Below, one piece after another: positions 10,068 to 19,281 of a stretch of DNA of 64,000 nt (position 1 is its first letter; each line of letters starts with the position of its first letter). The stretch is from a virus, in IMG/VR virus record IMGVR_UViG_3300028840_003924, positions 64,001 through 128,000 of that record; one strand, given 5' to 3'. The notes beneath the pieces were generated by a model. It was given only the letters and a program-made list of their open reading frames with translations. It was not told the origin of the DNA and ran no database searches. Position numbers and translations under genes: made by a program.

Positions 10068-10814
10068 TTAGGTTGTTGGTCGGTCGAAATCGATTCTGAG
10101 AGTGTCACTGGACGCTTTCGCCTTATTGAGTGTGAAAACACCAGTGTCCGGATCGGTTTCTGTGTAGTAAAACCCAGCAATCATAGTTGGGCCTTTGGTT
10201 AGTCTTAGGCCACCCATGTACACCCTTAGGCTACCTGCTGTGTACGGTGTATTAGAGGATGATGTCTTGAAAATCATATCCCCCGACACATGCACGGGCG
10301 TAACATCGTAGCTTTTTACGGTTATCAGGGATTTCGAGAAGGTCGTATCAGCTTGAACCTCCCCAGTTCCTAGTTCTACCCGCCATGCCACCGTGTCTGA
10401 ATCAACAAGACTGACGGTATTTGCAAAATCGGGCCATGTCAGGGTGGCCGAAACGGTTGCGATTTCCACTGACAGGTTCGTAGCGGCGCTGTCTACAAGG
10501 CTGAGCTTAGATCGCTCGGCATCTGTCATTCTAATGTAGCCACCCTCGTCCAAATGCTCCGCAATACTGTGGAGCGCCTCATCGACGGCGATGGTCTTTA
10601 ATGATCCATTTGCCTCCAAAGACTGGTTCAGTCTATTCGACAGGCTCCCCGCCGTCCCAACGGATTCCTCAATATCGTTCTGGTTGATGTCTACTTGGGC
10701 ATTAACCAGGAACATCTGCGTATTGATCCCCTCAATAGGCAGATTGTCATAGTAGTAATGATAGGGTTGCAACGCCTCGTAGCGTGGAATTGGCACAGAG
10801 TCCAGATTTGGCAT
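10068..10814 (-). CDS. Putative virion structural protein
   Basis: 248 aa; C-terminal GSLRVYMGGLRL...YTET...FTL adhesin-like beta module; AGGAG RBS. Confidence 0.65.
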   Translation of the reverse strand: MPNLDSVPIPRYEALQPYHYYYDNLPIEGINTQMFLVNAQVDINQNDIEESVGTAGSLSNRLNQSLEANGSLKTIAVDEALHSIAEHLDEGGYIRMTDAERSKLSLVDSAATNLSVEIATVSATLTWPDFANTVSLVDSDTVAWRVELGTGEVQADTTFSKSLITVKSYDVTPVHVSGDMIFKTSSSNTPYTAGSLRVYMGGLRLTKGPTMIAGFYYTETDPDTGVFTLNKAKASSDTLRIDFDRPTT

Positions 10815-10836
10815 TGTCTACTCCTTGTATCGGCTT

Positions 10837-11208
10837 CTAGCCCTTCAATCTTGAGTTTTTCTTCTTAAAGAAGTCGTCTTCTTCACCGAAAGCGATGTTT
10901 GGAGCAAACTGACGGCGTGTAGACGGGATCGTCATTCGCTTGAAAAGGGCCACGTCGGCTGTGGTTGTCCCCACTTCATTGACCATATCTGGGTCTCGCT
11001 CTTTGAGCCATTCTTCAAAATGTGTATGTTCCTTTTTCACTGGTAACCCCTTCTCTTTTGTCTTGGCGAATTTCCTGAGGTCTTTCTTCCCCATGCTTTG
11101 GTACATCTCTTTGGCCGAACCCCTCAGTTCAGAGGGATCAAACTCGCCTTTCTTGGCAGCATATGCCATACCTGCTGCTTTTCGTTGTTTCTTTGATACT
11201 GCTGGCAT
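10837..11208 (-). CDS. DUF3008-like small basic protein with C-terminal extension
   Basis: MPAVSKKQRKAAGMAYAAKKGE..SELRGSAKEMYQSM..DLRKFAKTKEKGLP matches DUF3008 as recalled. Confidence 0.7.
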   Translation of the reverse strand: MPAVSKKQRKAAGMAYAAKKGEFDPSELRGSAKEMYQSMGKKDLRKFAKTKEKGLPVKKEHTHFEEWLKERDPDMVNEVGTTTADVALFKRMTIPSTRRQFAPNIAFGEEDDFFKKKNSRLKG

Positions 11209-11209
11209 G

Positions 11210-11311
11210 TTAGATAATCTTCTTTGGGTTAATAATCTTCTGCTTACTCTCTTTAAGTTTCTTTTGAGCGACTTGTTTCAGCTTATTCAGTTCTGCGTTG
11301 ATATTCGCCAT
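11210..11311 (-). CDS. Small lysine-rich protein (33 aa, below ORF-track cutoff)
   Basis: MANINAELNKLKQVAQKKLKESKQKIINPKKII fills the gap between neighbours. Confidence 0.5.
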   Translation of the reverse strand: MANINAELNKLKQVAQKKLKESKQKIINPKKII

Positions 11312-11329
11312 ATCGTATATATCCTATGA

Positions 11330-11944
11330 TTAGAGAAACGTCACTCGCCAGTTGATGGTCAGTTGCATGGATGCCGTCTTGTTCAAGTCTGGGAAGGTTA
11401 CCATGCTGTAGAGGTCACCACTCTTCATCACCAATGCCATTTCGTTGATTGGATGGCCAACCGCTTCATCAAAACCTACAACCGAAGTGAGGATAGCTGT
11501 CGTCGGCCCGGAAGGATCAATGGAAGAGATAACGTTCTTCGTGAGGAGCGTCGTCCCAAACAAACCATTTCTCGTTTCCTCAACGAACTTAGCCGTACCG
11601 CCCGTAGCACCACCAGAACCAAAGATCATCGATTCTATGTAGAAGTCGTAAGGATCAGCTACCTCATTGGCCAGACTACTTGCTAACGCTATCTTTCCGT
11701 TGCGCAGGATCGTGTTCGGCGTCTTGTGGACCTCTGTCGAGCCATCCGTGTACTCCACGATGACCTCTACGTCGCCACGACCCTTTACCTTGGTGCTCGG
11801 ACTCGTTATATTGCTCACCTTCTCTTGGACCATGTTGCGTAGCGTCTGCTTTGCGTCATCTCGTTCCAAAACTAGGCTCAATTCTTCGTCCGAAATGTCC
11901 TCAGGAGTGAGCATCTCTCTCCATGTCTCAAAATTGCTATGCAT
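11330..11944 (-). CDS. Baseplate/tail-fibre attachment protein (tail-collar-fibre N-domain-like)
   Basis: NTILRNGK, IFGSGG, INEMAL, FPDLNKT..LTINW pattern; lies directly after the wedge genes. Confidence 0.65.
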   Translation of the reverse strand: MHSNFETWREMLTPEDISDEELSLVLERDDAKQTLRNMVQEKVSNITSPSTKVKGRGDVEVIVEYTDGSTEVHKTPNTILRNGKIALASSLANEVADPYDFYIESMIFGSGGATGGTAKFVEETRNGLFGTTLLTKNVISSIDPSGPTTAILTSVVGFDEAVGHPINEMALVMKSGDLYSMVTFPDLNKTASMQLTINWRVTFL

Positions 11945-11945
11945 G

Positions 11946-14873
11946 CTAATCTTTCCAATCTATCTCTATAGTTACACCTTCGCCTTGCGATTGTATGTCC
12001 ATATTTCCCTCATCTGAATTGAGTAAGTTCGCAAGCATTGACATCGGTGTCATCGTTTCAATTTCAATATCCACTACGTCATTGTTCCGCCTGTCGACAA
12101 ATGAAAGCGTATCACCGTGGATAGTTACAGGCACTTTCGTGAACTGGTGAATCTCAAAACTTACAGCAGTTCCACTGAGACCCCACATTTTCTTCGGAGT
12201 TGAAAGCGTAATCGTAGTACCGTCGATCTCCAGAATCTCGTGATACTTGCCACCAATCAAAACTAGGAAATTCTCCTTGAACTGACTGTTCTCAAGAAGT
12301 GGCCCCAACCAGTTAGCACCATTGGATATGGATAGGCCAGTTTCGTAGTTGGTCGGACTGGTATCTAACGTCAGTCCACGCACGTCTAGGTAACCTACAG
12401 CCTCGTCGATCAGCCGCCTGAAGACCTCTGCGCTCGTCACGCCCATTGATCCGAAAGTCCAACCGGTAATCAGGAAGTTCTCGTCGTCAATGAACTCACG
12501 AATCTCGTATTGGACGCCACCAATGCGAATATAGTCTCCAACGTTCACTTGGTATTTCGTTCTGAAGTCCGTACCACCATCAATCCGGCCTCGTCGACCT
12601 ACCGCTATGCGACCAGTTGTGCTGGGGTCGCCAACAGATACATCCAAATCTGTCTTCAACTGGTAAGTGATGTTCGACCTATCCTTCAAGTCGCCCCAAC
12701 TAGCCAGAATCAAAGAATCGTTAGGCAACGTCTCGTCAATAAGATAAGTGCCCGCCACCACCGAAGGTGCCGTAACCTCAATCTTCCAGCCAGGAGCCAC
12801 GTTGTTGTGACGGAAATCTACGTCCTCGTCAGTGAAGGTGAAAAGATTGTCCTCAGTGATGCTCGTCACCGTCCCATCAAAAAGCTCATTCGATAACCTG
12901 AAAGGGAACGCAGCAGTATTGAGAGGCCAACCAATCGTGTCGGGAACACCCTGCACAATGTCCACAATCATATTTTGAGGATTCGTCACCTTGTACTCGC
13001 CCCCATCTGGACCCGATAGGATTTCCAAAAGATTGTCCGTTGTATCCAAACCAGAAACGGTGACATCAAACGTCACGCCAGGGGAGTAAAGTACAATAGC
13101 GTCATTCAAGCCACTACCGCTGCCTGTGGCAGCGGTAGTGGCGGTGGCGGTGGCGTTGCGGCGTACTGCGACTGAATCTTCGAGTCCATGCTTGATAACC
13201 CTTGTAAAGATGTCCTGACCGTTGGTCAGAACATCTTCTGGTGTTAGTTGCATGAGTATTTCCACTTCTTCTTGTTGCGGGGTTACATTCTCATTAACTC
13301 CTGCTTGATAGGTGAGCGAGTTCACGAACATGTGGAAGGGTTTGTATTCTTCGATTACATTCTCAATTTCCTCAACACGGGCATCTGTGATATTTTCGAT
13401 TTCTACATCGATATTCACCATGCTACTGATACAACAAGAACATTCATCTAAGAAAGCCTTATCCATATCACAAGGATCGGTCGAATCCCTTAATGAACCG
13501 TTATATTCCTCCATATTATAGATGTTTTCGCTGAATGGAAACTCGGTACGGACACGTCCCCAAACGACGAGAGGTTGTGTTGGGTGACGTGTGGGGCAAA
13601 TCACATCGAACATCGTATCCGTCTCTTCGATCAATCTTACATTCCAGTTCTTTGGAGGGTAAGTTACATCGGCTTCATCTCGCTGATCCGCCAGTGGAAG
13701 CGAGCGGATATATGCTTCTATAGTGGGATCGATGATGGGCCCAATCTTATAGACGATTCGCACGATATCACCATCCACCAATGCAATAGGTGTAGGTGCC
13801 GTCTCACCTGTCCAGGTTAAGACGTAAACGGCATCGTCTGCATCGTAGGTGATTTCGCCATAGTCACTGGCCGTTAATGTCGTGTAAGTAGATGAGCCAT
13901 TAGGTCGGAGGTAAAGCTCAAAATCAGAGGTATCGTAAACACTCTTTGCTAGTTCAAATTCGGTTTGATCATCAGTGACGGTGAAGGCTTCCTGCCATGT
14001 AGCCGACGAGGTAACTTGCCAGAATTGGGTAAGATTATTCAATGTGGCCGCTGATTGGGCTAACGCTTCCCTCAACCCCGCCAAGGTACCTTTTCTTTTG
14101 AAGAGCGGAATTGCTCGTTTGATTTGCCGCCGCCATAGTGTGACATCATCGGATCGCAAGCTCAGATTGAATAGGTTCGACAGATACAATATCATTCGCT
14201 CGTGAATGGCGTTTGCGTCCTGTAAGTCGACCATTTGATTTGCAAGGTCTTCGAGAACAACAAAACCATTAGCCAGTGCTGTGTTGAATCTATCCAGAAT
14301 ATCCGGCGTGAGGTCACCAGGAGCTATCTTTAGTTTCAAGTATTCCGGAAGATACCGTTCAAGCAGAGTGGGATACTTATCGGGATCGGTGATATGAGTG
14401 GGAACTGCCGTATTCGAGGCTGTGTCTGACGCCAACTCAAACGTGACGGACTGTCGCATCAAGTCCCCGGCGATAATTGGCGTCCACGACCAACAGAGGA
14501 TATAGTCACCCTCTCTTGCAAACTCCGGTACCCAGGTAATCTCGAAAGTACCTGTTGAAACCTTCGTAGCTATCGCCATATCCGTATCGGTGGATAGCCA
14601 AGCGGGGTCAATATCCGTTCCAAATGTCTTTGCGACAGTCGCTTGGTTGAAGTAACTTGACAGAACCAAGTCGTCGCCCTCATCAACCTCAATGGTCTTG
14701 TCGAGTCGAAGTGTCTTATCTGTAGTGAACTCTCTTGCGAGGAAATAGACGGTAACCTGATCTAACTTGTATGGATCAATCAGATTTCCATCAGCATCTG
14801 TTGTCGTAACTTCCAACAGAATTGTGTCACTGGTTTTCGGCGATTCGTCTATTCTTACTGGTTCTGTTGGCAT
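11946..14873 (-). CDS. Baseplate wedge protein, P2 gpI/T4 gp7-like, extended (975 aa)
   Basis: LYLSNLF...WRRQIKRAIPLFKRKGTLAGL; EEYKPFH; follows the J-like gene. Confidence 0.8.
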   Translation of the reverse strand: MPTEPVRIDESPKTSDTILLEVTTTDADGNLIDPYKLDQVTVYFLAREFTTDKTLRLDKTIEVDEGDDLVLSSYFNQATVAKTFGTDIDPAWLSTDTDMAIATKVSTGTFEITWVPEFAREGDYILCWSWTPIIAGDLMRQSVTFELASDTASNTAVPTHITDPDKYPTLLERYLPEYLKLKIAPGDLTPDILDRFNTALANGFVVLEDLANQMVDLQDANAIHERMILYLSNLFNLSLRSDDVTLWRRQIKRAIPLFKRKGTLAGLREALAQSAATLNNLTQFWQVTSSATWQEAFTVTDDQTEFELAKSVYDTSDFELYLRPNGSSTYTTLTASDYGEITYDADDAVYVLTWTGETAPTPIALVDGDIVRIVYKIGPIIDPTIEAYIRSLPLADQRDEADVTYPPKNWNVRLIEETDTMFDVICPTRHPTQPLVVWGRVRTEFPFSENIYNMEEYNGSLRDSTDPCDMDKAFLDECSCCISSMVNIDVEIENITDARVEEIENVIEEYKPFHMFVNSLTYQAGVNENVTPQQEEVEILMQLTPEDVLTNGQDIFTRVIKHGLEDSVAVRRNATATATTAATGSGSGLNDAIVLYSPGVTFDVTVSGLDTTDNLLEILSGPDGGEYKVTNPQNMIVDIVQGVPDTIGWPLNTAAFPFRLSNELFDGTVTSITEDNLFTFTDEDVDFRHNNVAPGWKIEVTAPSVVAGTYLIDETLPNDSLILASWGDLKDRSNITYQLKTDLDVSVGDPSTTGRIAVGRRGRIDGGTDFRTKYQVNVGDYIRIGGVQYEIREFIDDENFLITGWTFGSMGVTSAEVFRRLIDEAVGYLDVRGLTLDTSPTNYETGLSISNGANWLGPLLENSQFKENFLVLIGGKYHEILEIDGTTITLSTPKKMWGLSGTAVSFEIHQFTKVPVTIHGDTLSFVDRRNNDVVDIEIETMTPMSMLANLLNSDEGNMDIQSQGEGVTIEIDWKD

Positions 14874-14875
14874 GA

Positions 14876-16429
14876 CTATTCATACGAAAAGGTGATTGTT
14901 ATGTTGTCGGGCCGAATAATTTCGTAGTACTGGGCCGTTACGATGGAACCAGAATTGTCCGGATCGGCAGTTACGAATGTGATATCACTTCGTTTGATTT
15001 CCGAGATGTCCGACAAAGCCTTCACAATATCAGCATCCTTAAGGTCATCACCGTAATCCCAACGATTCAAATCGAAGAACGCAGCAGTGCGTGTCTCTGC
15101 CCTTACCTGTACTTCCTCTTGGAACTTCTTGAAGAACTTGTCCATCGTCAATTCGGCAATTACGTCAACCTCAATCACTTCGCCGTCCTTAATACAAACG
15201 TGATCCGTGATCATCTTCTTCTCATCCAACTCTTCGGAAAGGGCAACCTTTAATCCATCGCTGGCCTGTTCTAAGCCACCTTCGTCATTTCTGGCGAGCA
15301 CGAAGAGGTCGATAACGTTCCCCGAACATCCATGGTTTCTCAAGACCGCTGTCGACTTTCCAATTTGACCTTGGTAAGATGTCACAAACTGGTCTGCCAG
15401 CGTCTTGTAATCGTCGCCCGTGACCGCCCGATCCTGTGTCCTTAGGTATGGCGGAAGCTTCAGGCGGATGTCGGTAATCGTGTCACCGTTGTAACCGCCC
15501 GTAGCTCGTGTGTAGTTTGTTATTTCCACGGGTACGGAAATGGCGAAGCCTGTCACTTCAAACGGAAGACTCTGGAGAACCGCATTCGTCACAATGTTTC
15601 CAATGACACCACCACCTTGACGATACGTAACCTCAATAGATGAGCCGCTCGGCGGAATCGCCCCTGCCCGGTTATTGCCGAAGATGATGAATGCCTGCCA
15701 TGTGGAATCAAACTCAACACGATACTCTCGCCTGGGCTCCGAGTCTGTGAAGTACTCCACCTGTTCCCATCGCACCCCGTCTACATCTACACGAACACTA
15801 TCGTACAAGACAGGAATTTCAGTGAGTGTATAACTCTGATTTTGCGACCCGTCGCTCGTAAAGGTGATAACCCTCGTGTTACCCTCCACGCCAACAATAG
15901 ACGTGTTAGAGAAGTTACCCGCAGGAATGATGATATCCTCATCGAAGATCGGTTCGTTGTCCTCGTCGGCGGGGAACAACTCAAATGTCATTGGTGTATC
16001 ATTCGCTACAACATTGATGGACACCGGCGTCGGCATAATCAGGTCCGTGTCAAGTAGACTTCCAAGGGTCGCAGAGAAGTTCGCCTTTGCCGCTATCGGT
16101 GGTGTGGGGGTGAAGCCAACCAACTTTGATAAACGAAAGGCATTCTCGATCTCCCCAACAGTGTCGATGAAAATCTCATTGGCAATCTGGTCCATCTTGT
16201 AGGACAGCATGTCAGCGATAAACGCCCAGTTCTCGATCAACAAAATCGCTAAAGATGACTCGACGAAATCATTGAAATCATCCGGAAAACTCTCTTCGAT
16301 GAATTGAATCAAACGAGTTTTCATAGACCAGAAGTCTTGATTCGTGTAGTTCAAATTGAATTGCGCAGGCGTCCGAATGTCTTGTGACTCCGAAATAGGC
16401 ACCGACTCTAAGTTGCAGTTTATTGTCAT
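14876..16429 (-). CDS. Baseplate wedge protein J/gp6-like
   Basis: DFNDFVESS..AFIADMLSYKMDQIANE, FGNNRAGAIP, QDRAVTGDDY. Confidence 0.92.
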   Translation of the reverse strand: MTINCNLESVPISESQDIRTPAQFNLNYTNQDFWSMKTRLIQFIEESFPDDFNDFVESSLAILLIENWAFIADMLSYKMDQIANEIFIDTVGEIENAFRLSKLVGFTPTPPIAAKANFSATLGSLLDTDLIMPTPVSINVVANDTPMTFELFPADEDNEPIFDEDIIIPAGNFSNTSIVGVEGNTRVITFTSDGSQNQSYTLTEIPVLYDSVRVDVDGVRWEQVEYFTDSEPRREYRVEFDSTWQAFIIFGNNRAGAIPPSGSSIEVTYRQGGGVIGNIVTNAVLQSLPFEVTGFAISVPVEITNYTRATGGYNGDTITDIRLKLPPYLRTQDRAVTGDDYKTLADQFVTSYQGQIGKSTAVLRNHGCSGNVIDLFVLARNDEGGLEQASDGLKVALSEELDEKKMITDHVCIKDGEVIEVDVIAELTMDKFFKKFQEEVQVRAETRTAAFFDLNRWDYGDDLKDADIVKALSDISEIKRSDITFVTADPDNSGSIVTAQYYEIIRPDNITITFSYE

Positions 16430-16430
16430 T

Positions 16431-16745
16431 CTAATCTCCGAACTTCTTCACGAACTCTTCATACGTCATGCTTTCGAGAAATTGGTAAACCAGCACGTCG
16501 TCATCGTGATCGTAACTTGATGCTTCACCTTCGAGGACATAAACACCTATGCGACTATGCCTCGCCGGTCGTTGCTTAAAGATATGACTTCCCAAAGGTC
16601 TCTTCCGAGGTAGTTTTCCGACCTCCAAATAAGACATTCTAGGAGGAATATCCGTATTCAGCGTTACGACACAACTCTCTAAACCATCTGCCGGGCCACC
16701 GATGTATTTGGCTTCAAACTCGTAACCAAACCCTTCAAACTCCAT
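16431..16745 (-). CDS. Hypothetical protein
   Basis: 104-aa ORF with YIGGPADG motif, tightly packed between baseplate genes. Confidence 0.6.
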   Translation of the reverse strand: MEFEGFGYEFEAKYIGGPADGLESCVVTLNTDIPPRMSYLEVGKLPRKRPLGSHIFKQRPARHSRIGVYVLEGEASSYDHDDDVLVYQFLESMTYEEFVKKFGD

Positions 16746-16749
16746 GTAA

Positions 16750-17169
16750 TTATCCCCCTGCTAATGGAACTTCTAAGAGAAGCTCCTTAATTTCCTTTAT
16801 GTTCTCCGGGTCGAGGAAGGAAATGCGTATCAACAATATCGATTCCCGCTGCGTGAGGTCGTCGGCGACATCGAGGTCATCTTCATTAGGGGTTAGCTGA
16901 ATTTGAATGTCCTGAATCACCACCCTCGGCTCCCAAGCAGTCAGTTGCTGTGCTATTCTGGTTCTCACCGACTCAACGGTGAAACTATCGGCAGGCTCAA
17001 AAAGGAAATCATTGAGACCCGTGCCGAATCCCGGCAACATCACCCTCTCACCCGGATGTGTTAGTAATAGAGCAAGCATATCGGACTTTATCTGGGCCGT
17101 TCCTTGCTGAACATGGAAATAACCTCGTGCGTGAGGTTGAATCGGATAAGGCATACCAGCAAATCTCAT
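16750..17169 (-). CDS. Baseplate wedge subunit gp25/GPW
   Basis: LLLTHPGERVMLPGFGTGL..LFEP, WEPRV. Confidence 0.93.
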   Translation of the reverse strand: MRFAGMPYPIQPHARGYFHVQQGTAQIKSDMLALLLTHPGERVMLPGFGTGLNDFLFEPADSFTVESVRTRIAQQLTAWEPRVVIQDIQIQLTPNEDDLDVADDLTQRESILLIRISFLDPENIKEIKELLLEVPLAGG

Positions 17170-17183
17170 TTTGTCTCATTCTC

Positions 17184-19274
17184 CTATAGGGTTGCCACTG
17201 TTCCCGCACCCGCACTAGCGGCACCCACACCTGCGGCACCCGCACCTGCGGCACCCAACCCAGTACAAGTTGGGAACCAACCCATTATGGGCACAACCGA
17301 CGTAGCTTCATCTGATGCTGAAACGAAAACTCTATCACTTATAGTTAGTCCACAAGGACCCCAACAGGCTACCGGCATAAAGCATGGCACCGTGTTTGGC
17401 CCCAACTCCACCGAGTCACAATCGAGACCAGCGCCCAGAGCAATAATGTCGTCTGCGAAGTGAACCTCTACCCCACTCTTATAGAAATACACCTCATTAG
17501 CCATGTGGAAATCACTCTCGGTTACAAAGGTTATTTTCGACGCCGGGTAACCAGGAAAGTCCTTAATTCCCACCTGTTCTACCCAAATATCAGTACTAAC
17601 ACCTATGTAGTAACCACCAGATTTGAGAAGAATGAAACCGGGATCACTTGGTGGTGATTCTTGCATTCTGAATAGGTGTGGGCCATGCTCATTCTTCTTC
17701 TGCGGAGACATCAACTCAATGAACTGACCTTCCGCATCGCCATCTTGGTTATTGTCATCTCGCATCAAAAGCTGCAAGCCATAACCCGTTTTCAAAGCGA
17801 CATAGGCTTTATCAGCGTTAGCTGTTGGCTCACCCCCCTCTTTACGGTCGGGCGGCTTGTTATCGACACCCTCGTCAACCATCATCAAGCTGTGCTTCGA
17901 TGTACTCTCAATCTTGATGTGACGAAATTCGCCACCCTTTTTGCTCGATAAGGTGTGATCATTCAACTCGACTCGATGCCCAGCAGCGGTAACAATCTGA
18001 ATGCCATTCGGTTCAAATTCCGGGTCTGACTGGTGGATGAAATCGCCTGATCGAATGTTCGGCTCATCCTCGGCATCACCCAATTTGATCATGTGACCCG
18101 TTGCACTCTTCATGTACATCTTGCCGTAGAACTTATTTTCACAGCCGAATGGGAAAGGTGCTGTTCCCCGCTCCCAGTTCGGTATTCCCTCTGGCTCACT
18201 CACTTCATCGTCCATGACAAAAACGTGACCACTGATTGAGGAAAGAAAAACCCCCGTTTGCTTCAAGATGCATTTATTGTTTTGAGGTGTACACGGACCC
18301 CTAAAGGCTCTTACTTCACTCTCGTGCTTGAATAGTTGATTCTCACATTCAATTTCCGCATAATCACCACACATTGGTGGCTGCCTTACCTTACGGCAGT
18401 CTTCATCGTCACCAATAAACGGGTCAGAACACGCTATCCCACTCCCAGGCCCACCACTAGCATTAGGACCGCACTCGCAAGCCTTTGGATTGACATGCTG
18501 TGCCGCTGCATGCATGTGGTCGTCCCACATGAGAAACGTGTGGCCACCACTAGAACCCAATTCCAAGTGTGTGAAACGCTGATTACAATAGTAATTGCCA
18601 TCATCGAACTTCAGACGATGTTTCCCCGGCGTCTTGATCTCATAGATATGAGAAGGCGTCACCTTGAGAAGAGCTTCCGTGTCCTGCTCAAAAGACTTGA
18701 GGTCATCGAAATCCTTAATGTTGTAGTTCTCCGTATTAGACGGAGGTAGTACTTGCGACTCATCATTCTTTCCAACGAAGTAACCGTTACGATGACCTTG
18801 GTGGATGCATTCATACTCGGGAACGCCGACATTCCAACTATGTGGTGGTTCCCCACGGTTTCTCGTCCAAGTGGTCCCCACGTAGTAAGGCAAATGGCGG
18901 TCACCATTCTCGAAAATAATGCAAACCGTGGAACCTGCGGGAGGGACCCATAAGGCCCCAGAGTCATCAAAGCCACTCAGTGTGGAGATTGGCCATGCCC
19001 ACGGAAGAGAATCAACTGGTGTTTCTTTTGGCGAAATGGCTGGGTGATAGAAACGAATACGACCCTGAGCCCATGGGTCCTTCGTATCAATACAAAGAGC
19101 TAAATGTAAACCATAAAGAGCTTCACTCTGAGTGTCCAAAACCCAGTTCTTTTTCAAAGCAGATTGAACTGCTTGAAGGGTGTTGTACGCAAACTCACTA
19201 AACGTATCCTCTACGCTTGTAAGTCGTTCATCAATTTCAAAGACCCTTTTGAGAGTGTCATTAACCCATTTCAT
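17184..19274 (-). CDS. Baseplate spike gp5/VgrG-like (OB fold plus beta-helix)
   Basis: DPWAQGRIR..LPWAWP..VPPAGSTVCIIFENGD..PYYVG; repeated GH.l...D units; GGAGGAG RBS before 19274. Confidence 0.85.
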   Translation of the reverse strand: MKWVNDTLKRVFEIDERLTSVEDTFSEFAYNTLQAVQSALKKNWVLDTQSEALYGLHLALCIDTKDPWAQGRIRFYHPAISPKETPVDSLPWAWPISTLSGFDDSGALWVPPAGSTVCIIFENGDRHLPYYVGTTWTRNRGEPPHSWNVGVPEYECIHQGHRNGYFVGKNDESQVLPPSNTENYNIKDFDDLKSFEQDTEALLKVTPSHIYEIKTPGKHRLKFDDGNYYCNQRFTHLELGSSGGHTFLMWDDHMHAAAQHVNPKACECGPNASGGPGSGIACSDPFIGDDEDCRKVRQPPMCGDYAEIECENQLFKHESEVRAFRGPCTPQNNKCILKQTGVFLSSISGHVFVMDDEVSEPEGIPNWERGTAPFPFGCENKFYGKMYMKSATGHMIKLGDAEDEPNIRSGDFIHQSDPEFEPNGIQIVTAAGHRVELNDHTLSSKKGGEFRHIKIESTSKHSLMMVDEGVDNKPPDRKEGGEPTANADKAYVALKTGYGLQLLMRDDNNQDGDAEGQFIELMSPQKKNEHGPHLFRMQESPPSDPGFILLKSGGYYIGVSTDIWVEQVGIKDFPGYPASKITFVTESDFHMANEVYFYKSGVEVHFADDIIALGAGLDCDSVELGPNTVPCFMPVACWGPCGLTISDRVFVSASDEATSVVPIMGWFPTCTGLGAAGAGAAGVGAASAGAGTVATL

Positions 19275-19281
19275 GCTCCTC

